DNA from: Gonapodya sp. JEL0774
Lineage: Eukaryota
DNA: 64,000 nt
Direction: 5' to 3'
NCBI GenBank assembly: GCA_027604505.1
Contig: JADIIX010000055.1
Coordinates: 1 to 64,000, forward strand
In this document: one piece after another, positions 14,104 to 25,900 of the stretch
How positions within the stretch are numbered: position 1 is the first letter of the stretch
Layout of the letters: each line of letters begins with the position of its first letter
The notes under the pieces: model-generated
What the model saw: the letters and a program-made list of their open reading frames with translations, nothing else
Database searches by the model: none
Told to the model about the DNA's origin: nothing
Made by a program: the position numbers and the translations under genes

Positions 14104-16366
14104 TTAGACTCTCTTCAATTCCCTAAAAGCAAACAATAGTTGAGGACGTGAGATTACAGCATTATGGGGGATCTCGAACACTGCACGGGTACATGGCTTT
14201 CCGTGGTGTTGTGAAGGAGCTGAAAACTGAAGCAACGGCGATGAACAGTACTTACTCCGAAATCCAGGTACTCTGATCCGTCTTCGCGTCTTTTCAAAAA
14301 TGCGCTTAAAAGCCTATTGAATTGACGACGTGACTCTGTGATCAGGGACATACATGAATCTCTGCGAGCATGCACAGCGGTTTTAACCAACAACTCACTA
14401 AGATCCATATAGTACTGTGCGCGAGCTTTATCCAGGAGAGCGAGTTTATCCAACACGTGCTCCTGCTCCGCCGTTTCGTCACCAAGTTGATCAAGCAGGA
14501 TAACGAGTGTTAAAAGAGCCCCTGTTTCGTAAAGCGAGGTGAATGCTATATTGATAGGACGTCCCTGAAAATTCTCACATTTGCTCTCTGGCTCCAGGTC
14601 AATAAGTTCCCGTAAAGATTCGATTTCACGAAGAAGGACCTGTTTCGAAGCCGGAGCTGGCGACCATTGTTCAGAGAGTGTTTCTAGTGTGGTATCCGCC
14701 GTGAATTCATCGAGAGCATGGATTTCTCGAAACGGTGAAGCGATCAGGTAAGCATCTGAAGCCGCAGATGTGGTTCGTATTGCGTAGTTTTCCATATTCC
14801 CTAACAAAACGATTGTAAGTTGACATTCAAAACAATGCAGGAGATACTGATTTGCAGAAACCTTCAAAATTCAGCTCAAAATTAAACCTTCTGCGAGGTT
14901 TACGGCCTAATGGTGTGGCAACGTTATTCGAGTCCAACACGATTCGCACATTCGTAGAACCCTCGGATAGGAAGGAACGGTCACTCGGTAGGTTGAGGAG
15001 CCAGAGAGAGGAAGGTGCAGATGCTTCCGATGTGTCACCTCGGAGGAAGTTGGGGAGCACAGGACGAAGAGTCAAAGTGACTGGTGATCCGTCAATTGAG
15101 ATTAGCCCATCTGTTGATATCTGAAAATGTATCAAAATGGGTACAGTCGGGAGTCTGCAAGAAATCTTACCAGGACCGGTTCGCTCATCACCAGAGCCAC
15201 TGCAAAACTGGTGGATACGGATCCATTGTAGGCGGGCTGACGGACAATCCATGCTCCCAAACAAGATATGGGGTCGTCTACTCGAGAATTTCACGGTTTA
15301 CCATACGATACTTGTGTGGGAGGGAGGATACTACTCACGTTTTCGTGCTCCCAACAGCCACCGTTGGTACAGCCAGGCGCTCTGGTCCTGTGGGTCCGTG
15401 TAGATTGCGGAGCGAACAAGCTCGAACTCTAAAGAAAAACTGAGTGTAAGATGACTCATTTGAACCTATGTGATTCCGACTGTGTTGGAGAACTACATGC
15501 CTGTATGCAACTGTGCCGGAATCTCCGATGGTGCAAAGGAGTTCGGAAGAACGGTACTCCGATAATGCCAAGCAGAATAGTTGGAGAAATTCTGGTTAAT
15601 TTTCTTTGTGGTATATTCAAACTCTTTTTTGGGGTGGGAGACTCCATCTGTGATTCCCGGAGCGCGGAACGCGACCAGATACCTTCGGTAGTCCCAGCCG
15701 TGGAAGTTGCGGGAGTCCAAGTCCAGCATGGCCTCGACCAACTTTAAGTCTCTAAGTATCTCTTTCTCCGGTTCTGGGAGTGTCTGTAGAACCCACTGTC
15801 TGTGGTTCCACAGCCAGTAGGACTTTGGGAACGTCTTAAGGAGGTCTTCAAGCAAGCGAAGTTCAGACTTCAATCTTGATTGGACGGTATCTGGCGACCT
15901 TTGCCAAGAGCAGAGCATGAGAGACACAAATCATCTGAACAATGTGGACCCTCACAGATTTTGGAACTGATTGAGTAAAACTTCCCGACGAAAGTTCCAA
16001 ACGTCATAGGCTTCCGGGTTTAAAGTCAACACAGATGTCGTGAGATTAAAAGCCGCATCATCGTGCTCTCTAGAAGTTCGCTGTTGTGAAATATTGAAGT
16101 AAACCCCTTCCAAACGGATACAAGAACCGAACAAGAACCTTTGCTTTGACATCCTGCACTAGCTGTCTATATTCATCGATCTTCTTGCGCTCTCTCTCTT
16201 TTCTAGCTTGAGTTTGCTTCGGGTCCGCGTCCTTCTGTGCCTTCTTCCGACCATGCTCCTACCATTTTCAAATAAGCATGGGGAAGCCATTGCAACGGAG
16301 AATCAAGCAGGATGGAATTTAGCATTTGCTCGTGCGATCAAAACTGTCTTTAATCGAGCCTACCAT
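14104..16366 (-). CDS. BET4: Rab geranylgeranyltransferase (GGTase II) alpha subunit, multi-exon
   Basis: HGRKK N-terminus, [55 protein letters not shown] repeats, [25 protein letters not shown]. Confidence 0.93.
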
Positions 16367-16659
16367 GGTGGCGACTCCTTGTGATTCGCGGCTGATTTGG
16401 TTGTGTGGTTGGAGCTGTGGCAACCAAGTCGGGGCCCGAAAATCATAGAATTACCCAAAGAGGGTAAAGATTTCTTATCTTTATTATATGTTCAAGGCTA
16501 GAAATGTCCTGTTCAAGTCACGTCATCTTGGTGGCATGGTGGGAAACATCGATACAAAGACAAGAGACTCCTGTTTATTTCCATGAACAACAGATTGATC
16601 GCGTTGTGCCCGGTAGTTCTGGTTGCAACTCCAGGTGAAGCAAAGATTATCCCATTGGT

Positions 16660-19008
16660 CATATGTCAAATCCTTCTCGCCGAGCCCTCGTCCCCAACTA
16701 TTGTCTCATTATTATGCGAGTTAGAGGATATAGCGTTGCATTTCTTTGCTCCAAACAAACCAATTCGCATAACCATATGACGTACGGCACTAGGGCCTGT
16801 CAATTCAAGTTTGATGTTTCCTCCAAGATATAATAACCTCCCCAATGAGCCGGTTTCGAAGTTGTGAGTGCGGTTGGACAGGAGGAGGATGACGCTCAGC
16901 AATTTAGACAGTCCAGTGAGACGTGTACAGTGCACCACATGATCGATCGACGCTGAATGCCACCCTTCCAGGACTTTCTCATCAAAGTTGTCAAGATTAC
17001 ATCATGTGTGATTACCCAGCTAATTCTGCTTTCATTGCCTGCAGCCTTTCCACATCTCGATCCGACGACATTCCAATCAAAGAAGCATTCCTTTCTGTTT
17101 TCACTTTCCGCTCGCCTTTAACGCCGCCCTTTGTGGGTTCGTGACTTCGGGGGGGCGGGGGGTTGAGCCCAACAACATAGCGCTTGGTTGCAGGAATGTA
17201 AGGGAATACCAACCATCAATCGAATGCTTGGTGAAGAATCCTTGCACACTGGTAGGCTGTTGCTCGATGAGTTTCGCAAGATCGTCTGTAAAAAATGCTT
17301 AATTTGAGTGAGAAGAGTTCCATCACGGTGGGATTCCAACACCAAGGAACAAACCGGAGGTGAACTCAAACCTTCCCTCACGAGTCAGATCGTAGAACTC
17401 GAGGAGGACCTGCGTTGGCGATAGCTCTCACATTTTGGATGGGAAACAGCTCACATAGGAAAACATACCGCAGCCTCTGACAGATTTGTTCAATCAGTGT
17501 TTCACGTTTGAAAGGAATGCAGCTAGCTGTACAGATCCCATCCGTTTCTTTATTGCTCTCCTCACATACCCGCTTCATCCAGTCCGGGTTTTGCCTCCAA
17601 GATCTCCTTGGCGCGCTCCCGCGGAATATCTTGGAAGTGTATCCCTCCTGGTATTCCCATCCCACGTGTAGCTGCTTCCGTGATCTGAGGACCTGACACA
17701 ACTTCGGGACCGGTGAGTGTGTACGTTTGGCCCCTGTGATTACCCGCAGGAAGCTGCTGGCAGACCTGCGGGCATGGCGTTGGCAGTGTTAAAGGCGTAT
17801 CAATCTCGTTTCGTTTAAATGAAAAAATAAAAAAATACAACCTACTTTGATCGCAGCGAGGCTCATGTCCTTCGAGGAGGAACTGAGTGAAAAGAATGTC
17901 AACGCACGGTCAAAAACAAATTACTTGGATGTCCACTGGTGCCATTCTGCCTTCTCCGATTGGTGCACCGATGTAGCTCTCTCGTAGCTTGGAAGTATGA
18001 TAGTCGTTAGTGATCTGGCGAAACAGTGCAAGTGTGCACATGGTGCACGAGATCAACAGTTGGGCACACACCTGATCAGCATAAAGCAGCAAGTTCTGCA
18101 TATAGAAGCCAGATCGAATGATACATAGGTTGGGTATGCCACTTTCACGCGCGATAGCCTCAATCTGACCGAACTCGCGAATGTGCTTCTGTAGTTCATA
18201 GTTGAAGTTTCTCTGTTGCCCAGCAAACCCCTACGTTTGTCTACCTACCCCTTCCCCTTCATCAGCGCCTGCGGTGCTGAGAAGCAGCACATTTTCCACA
18301 CCTGCAGTTTTGACCCCTTCAATCATTGCTCGTGAACACTCCAGCTTGTCCCCTCGTGCTGGTGGGATTAGATAAGCAACGGTGGCACCACGTGCAGCTT
18401 CCGCGAGAGATGATGCATTCTAACAATAGAAGAAACAGCGTAATGTGGTTGCACAGAGTTGCCGAAGCTGATGATGATCATTCACCTTCACCTCGACCCT
18501 CTTCGCTTCCACAATATCTCGGTTTAGTGCCTCCAGATCTCTGGAAGCCTGTCATGGTCAACAAATCGCATTGATTTTCCAATTTCGCAAGGGTTCACGA
18601 TAGTGACATTGGACACGACCACACAGTTGGGTGCCTGCATGCATCTCACACACCTCCGATGCGATAATCGCAACCACCACTCGCGGAAATGCTTGAGTTC
18701 TGACAGCTTCTTCGACCTGATCAGCATGGGGAGTAGATGTGAAGTAATAGGAGGGGTCCGCGAACGGAATGAGAATCTTGTTCAAAGAAGCTGCCCCAAA
18801 CTCGTTCCTTTCACGCACAGCATAATATCCAGTGTAGCCTGGTGGAGAACAGTGTACATAAGGATGATTGCGAGTAAGTGAATGGGGGACGAGTGTTGGA
18901 CAGGTGAAAAGGGCGAGGAGTATGGCTAGGATGTAAACGGCGAACTTGCAGTTAAACTGCGCTTCACTAACCATCACCCACGGCCACGAAGAGGGAAGGT
19001 TGTGACAT
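16660..19008 (-). CDS. NmrA-like NAD(P)-binding Rossmann (atypical SDR) protein, multi-exon; 3' end uncertain
   Basis: Spliced N-terminus MSQPSLFVAVGDGYTGYYA; IIRSGFYMQNLLLY; PIGEGRMAPVDI; HRGQTYTLTGPE; DLAKLIEQQPTSVQGFF. Confidence 0.75.
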
Positions 19009-19907
19009 TATCTTTGCTACGTGCTGCGTGTAAAGAAGGTTTCGCTTTTCTGTTGGCACTCTCGTGTGATATACAAATCAACACTGACGTAAGCGCATTT
19101 TTTTTGGGCGGCGGGGTGCCCAAACATGCAGGAGCGCGTGATTTTTCTAGACTAAAAGTTTTATTCCACTTGTCTCTATGTATCTTGGCGCTGCCAGCGA
19201 GCGTTCGACGTATGCGTTGTCACTCACCGAACTTTACCCCGCGTCCAAACGGACTTCAAAACGTTGTGTTTGTATTCGAGACACTACAAGTTAGCACTTC
19301 TTTACGATTGGGGAAAATGCACAGAGATATCAATCATATCTGAACTTCGTTTTGTTATGGATTGCATGTTGTGGGCGGTGTTGTGATCTCTACCTGATAC
19401 GCTGATTTGCTGGTGACTAACTCTGAAATCCAAGACTTCTTAATCGCCTTAATCGCACTATCAGCTGGACTGCAAAGTCCTTATCTGCTTTCGGGCGACT
19501 TCCCCCAACTCAGTACCGGTACTGTGGTCGCGGCTGGTCCATGAAGACGGCACAACCCCCTTTGCAACGTCCAGCCTTCGAACGATTCCTCACAAGCTAG
19601 CCCCACCGTCAAACCCGCGAGAGGTCCCCTAAGCCCATTCAAGCTTGAGTGCAAGGTTCGTTCGAGATAGGAATCATGCGAGGGTCGATGTAATTGCAGG
19701 GACTGGGATTTCAATGGTAGAGTTCCCTTACTTGTGAAATGGCTGCCTTCTTCCCCCCTCACGGTACGCCGATCGTACCGAGCCCGCTTGCATGTATTCT
19801 GCTATTCAAGTGTCACGATGGCCGCTTACTGCGTGCTGATCTGCATTCTGCCTGTTCACTTCACTTTTCACTGATACTCCTTCTGTGTCCCCACCGGACC
19901 CTTGGAT

Positions 19908-22900
19908 ATGGCTGCGTCATCCTCTTCTTACAATCACAGAATGCAGCAGTCTCGCTCTCCATCGGCAACATCCTCTCAAGTCCTGCCGCCTCCGAGACAG
20001 ACCAACCCCTCACAAGCTGGCGATGTTGCTTCACTCTTTGGGGCGAATCCCTCTTCTCCCCTCCCCACATTCGGCTCTCTCCCCTCTTCAGGACCGAGGT
20101 CGACGTCCACTGCTCGCACACTGACGCCTTCGTCTTCTGCAACGTCCTCGTTTCGAGCAACCGGTGCTAGGCCCGCTGCCTCGCCATCACCATCCCGGAA
20201 CCAGCATCATCAGCCTGCCACTTCAGCGGATGTTTTGTTTGGCTCGTCCACGGGCGGTGGTGGTGTGGGAGGATGGCCTGCTGCCTCTGGAGGACGGGTC
20301 GTAGACCCATTCGAGGTATGTTAATGTTGCTTTCATTATGAGGGTGACGGTTCACTCCGGAGTTAGTAACGGAGAGATAAACGAAGCAATGAAGGTGAAC
20401 TGGGACTGAGGCGTGGAACTGAACTGGGCAAGTCGGCGGAAGGTGGGAGTTCGACTTCGGAGATCACGCACTTCTTCAACAGGTTTCGACTGTGGTGGAA
20501 CAAGACAAGCTTTTGCGAGGAGCCAAAAAGCATCATCTGCATATGCTTTTTTTGCACCGTGAAGTTGTCTTTGGGGACTAATGGGACATTTCGCTCATCG
20601 CGAGAGCAATGTTATCTGCCCTTGTACCTCACTACTTTCGGCCTCGCTCAACTCCCCTACCACCAAACTCCAACTACCGAATTCGTTTTTCCTCGTGTCT
20701 TCGATCTGCCGGTCCAGACTCTAGTGCCATCCCTCCCCCCAGGACGACCTCAAGTACCATCGTCTGCCACTTCGACACCCTCCCGCTCCTTCAACTCTTC
20801 CACATCATCTCGACCCTCGCTTGCTCTATCTCCAGACCGTTTTTCATCAGCACAAGCAGCGTCTTCGCTCTTTGGTGGATCTGCGGGTGAGGATCCTTTT
20901 GCCTCGTTCGGCAGCAGCGGACTTGGTGGTGGATCACAGCCAGCATTCGAGCGTCCCGCCAACCACGTAATGCGCTCATCAACAGTATCGCCACAAACAC
21001 GCACCTCTCCCACCTCTTCCACGGCCTCCACCGTCTCTCCCATCTCTCCTCCCTCCACGTTCTCGGCGAATTCCACAAATCGTACATCCTTGGTTACTCC
21101 AACAGTGCCTTCATCCACGACCCGTAATTCCTCAACTACTATCTCCGCTTCCATGTCTTCATCGCGTCCCTCCTCATCACTCTCGACTGGGCAACCCGCT
21201 CGTGAAGCAGCAGGACTCTTTGGGGGGCCTGAAGTTGGGGACCCATTCGCCCCTACGAAGTCGGTGGTAAATGGCGGCGACCCTTTTAAGCCCACGAAAG
21301 TGGAAATTGCGCAGACCCCAGTGATATCACGATTGCAGGCGAAGCAAGATCAGCAAAAGGGTCCCGGCTCGACATCCAGTATTGAAGGAGTACAACATCG
21401 TCCGCTTGACCTAGCCCAGCAAGTTCCAGGGATATCACATCTGCATCGAAACCAATCCTTGTCGCAGCAACTCGCTAACGCGGATCCCTTCGCTTCCGTT
21501 GGACTGGGTGCGCCAGGTGACTCTTTGGTGCCCCTGTCTTCTCCGACCGAATATCCCACGCGAGCCACCAAACCCCCTGCGACTGTTATCCCTGAACAAC
21601 AACGACAACGCAAGTCACCACAATCGTCTCGGATGCCTCCAATCGAGACGGTTGAGACCATAGCCATGAAATCTGACCCATTACGGAAGAATGAGGTGCC
21701 CGAGGCACGGACGGGAGTATTTCAAGGTGTACCACAACACCCAGCTGCGAGTGAGGTGAAACCAGTACCTTCGCAGCTGGCAAAGGTGGACGAGCGCGCG
21801 CAGGAATCCCCAAACTTGTCCGGCACCCATGTTCAACAAACAAAGTCTCCAAGCACATCACCTGCCCCAGCATCTCCACTCGCCACGACAACCAGCAACC
21901 CTACGTCTATTTCCTCTACGCGGCCCTCTTCCTCGCTCTCCACTACTGCTCCCTCCACCTCCTCGTTCAGGACAACATTAACCCAACATCAGACAAGCAC
22001 CTTGGCCGGTTCCGTGCCCGCAGGTCGGAGGAGTGTTTCCGCATCTGAGTGGAGTGCAGAGACTGGGGAAAGTGGAGGTAGTGGGAGCGGAGTGAGCGCA
22101 AGGAGCGAGACGACAAATGGGTGGGCGGTGGATGATGGAGAAGGAGAGTGGTGGGATGCCGGAGTTGGAGATCAGGAAGAGCTATGGGGAGGGCCCCCAT
22201 CTGGAGTTAAAGATACACCGGAAAAGGACGAAGGAGTAGCATATCCGGACCAAGGTGAGCTCATTTCCATCCGATCAGCGCATCAAGTTCATTGTTTTTG
22301 CCTTTTCCTTAGTGATACCACCACATCAACTGCACTCAAGGGAAGGCGAGTCCACACCTACAAGGTCTGCGATGCAACATAGTTCTGAGGCAGACCATAG
22401 TGAAATGGCAACAAACTTGTTCGGGAGTAGAGCGGAGGCACGAGGTATGCTGGTGACTTGACGACGATCATTGAACGTTGTTCGACGTTTAGCTCTTGTG
22501 GCCTCTCGCGCTTGATGTAGAACTCCCTGCGAACCCGACCCCGGTACCCCAGTACCCCCCCGTGCATTCGACGGTATCTGGTGGTGACTTTTTCGAGCAG
22601 TGGGGTACATCGAGTGATAACAAGGAGCAACGAGGAATGGCGAACTCATCGACAGGTGCGTCGAATAAATCGTAGTTGATGGTCGGCCCCATATGCTGTC
22701 TCCATTTAATGCGAGCACCTTAGCCCACGCAGTGGCACCGGGACAAGTTGCTCTCAGTGGATCCGATTCACACCCCGTTGCCCCTACAGACTTCTTCCAC
22801 TCGCGTGGGGGAACAGGCGAGGACTTGGCAGGTGTGGACCCAGAAGCAGGTGGAGAGGAATGGGAAGTGGAAGAAGGTGAATCGAGTTCGCTCAACTTTA

Positions 22901-25900
22901 TGTCTTTATTGGAGTTCAATTTGGTCAACTTTCCACAAGTTCCAGCCAACGAGGTTCATCTCCAAACGCTGAAAGATGCGTCCACTGCCGAAACGCCGGC
23001 AACGGAGGTCAAGCAGCCTTCCGCTATCGCTCTCCCCGCGGGCAACGAAAGAAGCACAAAAGTGGCTGTGGATACAAATTCAGGTGAGAGTACAAGGTTT
23101 CTTGTTGGTTGAGCATTCGCTTATCACATCTCCGGATCTAATATTCTTACCGGTTCAGCCCCCGCGTCCTCGGTTTCCCAACCTCTGTGGAATTCTGGGC
23201 AGGCGTTTGTGTCAGCATATCCTGGTGTAGATACGAGTGCGAAGGATTTTTTTGACTCTTTTGGTGCCAGAAAAGAATCTGTATCTGCCAAAAACTGGCG
23301 TGAGTTTCCGAGATGTATGTGATTCATAAAGGATCCTTGTTTGAGATGTGTACTTCCTTCGTTTAGTCAATGGTGAACCGCTGCCAATCGAAAGTGGGAT
23401 TTCCAGTCACCCACAGGACGTAGTTATTGACAAATCTCAACCCGAGGATGAAAGTCATTATCTCGGCTCAACTGCTTCTGATCCTGCCAACTGGGTTTAT
23501 GATCCAGTCACGAGTATGTACCATGATGCAGCGAGCGGGTACTACTACTATTGGGATCAAAGTTCGCAGACATACCACACGTACTATTGGAAAATTGGAG
23601 ATGATGAGACTGGGGAGTGGGCATACGTAGGGCCATACGGATCCAATTTGAATGGTGAGCTTGACCAAGGGTTAAACGGACAGGAAGGTGCTTCTGGCGT
23701 GGAAACAGTGCACGATTTGGCTGAAACACTGGGAGCTGGGTACAATGCCGGTGTCTCCAATCGGCAAATGTCTCTGGAATATGCCCAGTCCCCTCCGAAC
23801 TCGGATTCTAACGGTCCACCAGCCAATATTGGAGGTACTGATGACATCCTCGCTTTCTTCGACGACCTTGCGAAGAAGGCTGCTGAGGGTGGGGCCCCAG
23901 TGCCTGAGTCGTTCATCAACAGCGAGCCACTAGGTGTCCGGATGGAGGATCCCAACACCCCTGGAGCGGACGCGCTAGCCTTTTTGGACTCCATTCTTCA
24001 AAGCGCTAACCTCGAGAAAGACGCGTCATCTGCTGAAGTTGAAGGAGGATGGATGCAGGTAGACAGTGCAAGCTATTCCAAAGTTTTGGATCCGGTAGTT
24101 TCCGGGAAAGGGGCTGGTTCAACGTCAAGGTCCCATCACCTTGGGAGCATTAAAAGTGACACGCAAGAGATCATGACGGGCACCGTATTGAATAATCCGT
24201 CGCCGCACTTGGGCCCTGGCAATGAAAATCCTGTGCCTGCTCGTCAAGAACACGGATCGTCACAATCGAGAGCCCAAACCTCCTCGTGGGAATCCAGTGC
24301 TAACCGCTTGCGAAGTCATATTCCGCTGGACTTAGGACAGTCTTCAATCATGGAGGAGGCTGCGGTCCAGGACGTTGATATTTCCGCGGTCACTACTTAT
24401 TCTTCCCCTTCCCACACTGGTGCAGCGATAGTTTATCAGCCCATCGCGCCACCCGAAACAGATGAATTGGACGAACTTGTCGCGGGAGCAGCTGCTGATG
24501 TTGCTGCAGCGTCCTCTACCGCATACTCTTTCGGTGCTTATTCGACTCCAATTGTGTCAGCTCCTTCGAACACAGTTCCCGTGTCTACTGTCGCGAATGG
24601 CCCTGCTCCGAGCGCCGCCCCTGTTGAGACATACACACATTCTTCTCATCATTACTACGGGCACACTATGGTCTCTTCAAGCACCCCATACTCAGATTCA
24701 GCACCTGCTTCAACTATTGCAACATTCGGTCAATCAAATATTAACAGTGTAGATGTCTCTGACCACGATGTGCGAGGATATCACACCGAGAATTCGGATG
24801 TGAGCAAATCGTATGGTCACCCTAGTGGCGATGTTTCGGACCCGCCCACAGCATACTCTGACGTCGGTGTAAACCCTTTACCGCCGAATGGAGGATATCT
24901 GTCAGAATATCCATATGAGGGTAGTGCCCAAGTCGGGAACTGGGGAATGCAACTGGATGCCAGTCCAGAAGATTTGGGAACTCGATTACCACAGCAAGAG
25001 ATAGGTGCAAGAGGCAATTGGAGTGTTCTCGCACCAGCCAGCCAAGCGTATGGTCCCGACAGTTTCCCATCATCGGAAACTCCACCTCCAGGCGGTGCCA
25101 ACCCGAACACACACCGATCGTTTGCCGCCACCCCGTCTGGATCCTATTCACCCGCGTTTCAAGCTGTCACCCACACTGTATCCACCCCAATTTCTCGGAC
25201 TTGCCCGTCTTGTGGCAGGAAGAATGGGCAGGACGCGAACTTCTGTGGTGCATGCGGAACCAAACTCCAAGAGCCCAGTTTCACCTCAACTGGAATAGTC
25301 GTCACGAGCTCGCACATGATTAGGCCGCATTCGGTTCAGGAAACCAGTACCAAAACGTATTTTGGAACCTCCCTTTCTCAATCGTACTCACAAGCGCTCT
25401 CTGGCTCAATGGATACGCGAAACGGGTCTGAATCACCTTCACCCCAACCCCCGCTCTCAGCGTCCGCTTCCAGAACTCCCTCGGCTCCTCTTTATGGAAG
25501 CCAAAGATTTGGTGATGGCTCCCTTGCCGTTGGCGGAGCGCTTGGAACGCAACCATACGGGTCACCAGCAGGTGTGAGGGTCTCATCACCCCTTAGGCCT
25601 CCACTGGAACCTCCCGGAATCAATGATCCGCTACAGCGACATCGGCCCCGACCAATTATCTCTCAAGGATTCGGAGGCAAGCTCGTAGTCTCCATTCCAA
25701 TTCGCCAGAGCCGTTATAATGCCTCACTAGGCTCTATGACCGAGAAAGTTTATCCAGGATCTGTCACTATCCGTCAAGTGGGTGATATCATACAGAAGAG
25801 CGGCAAAGCTTTGCCTGAAATCACCGATGAGGTTAAATGGGGAGGTCCTGTGATGCGAATTAAGTCGAAAAATCGCAAAAAGGAGGCACTGAAGATCTTG

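Noticed and set aside
19010..19900. Possible small gene or ncRNA between the NmrA-like gene and Sec16
   Set aside because: Splice-like signals are present but there is no coherent ORF or recognisable RNA motif; probably promoter/UTR
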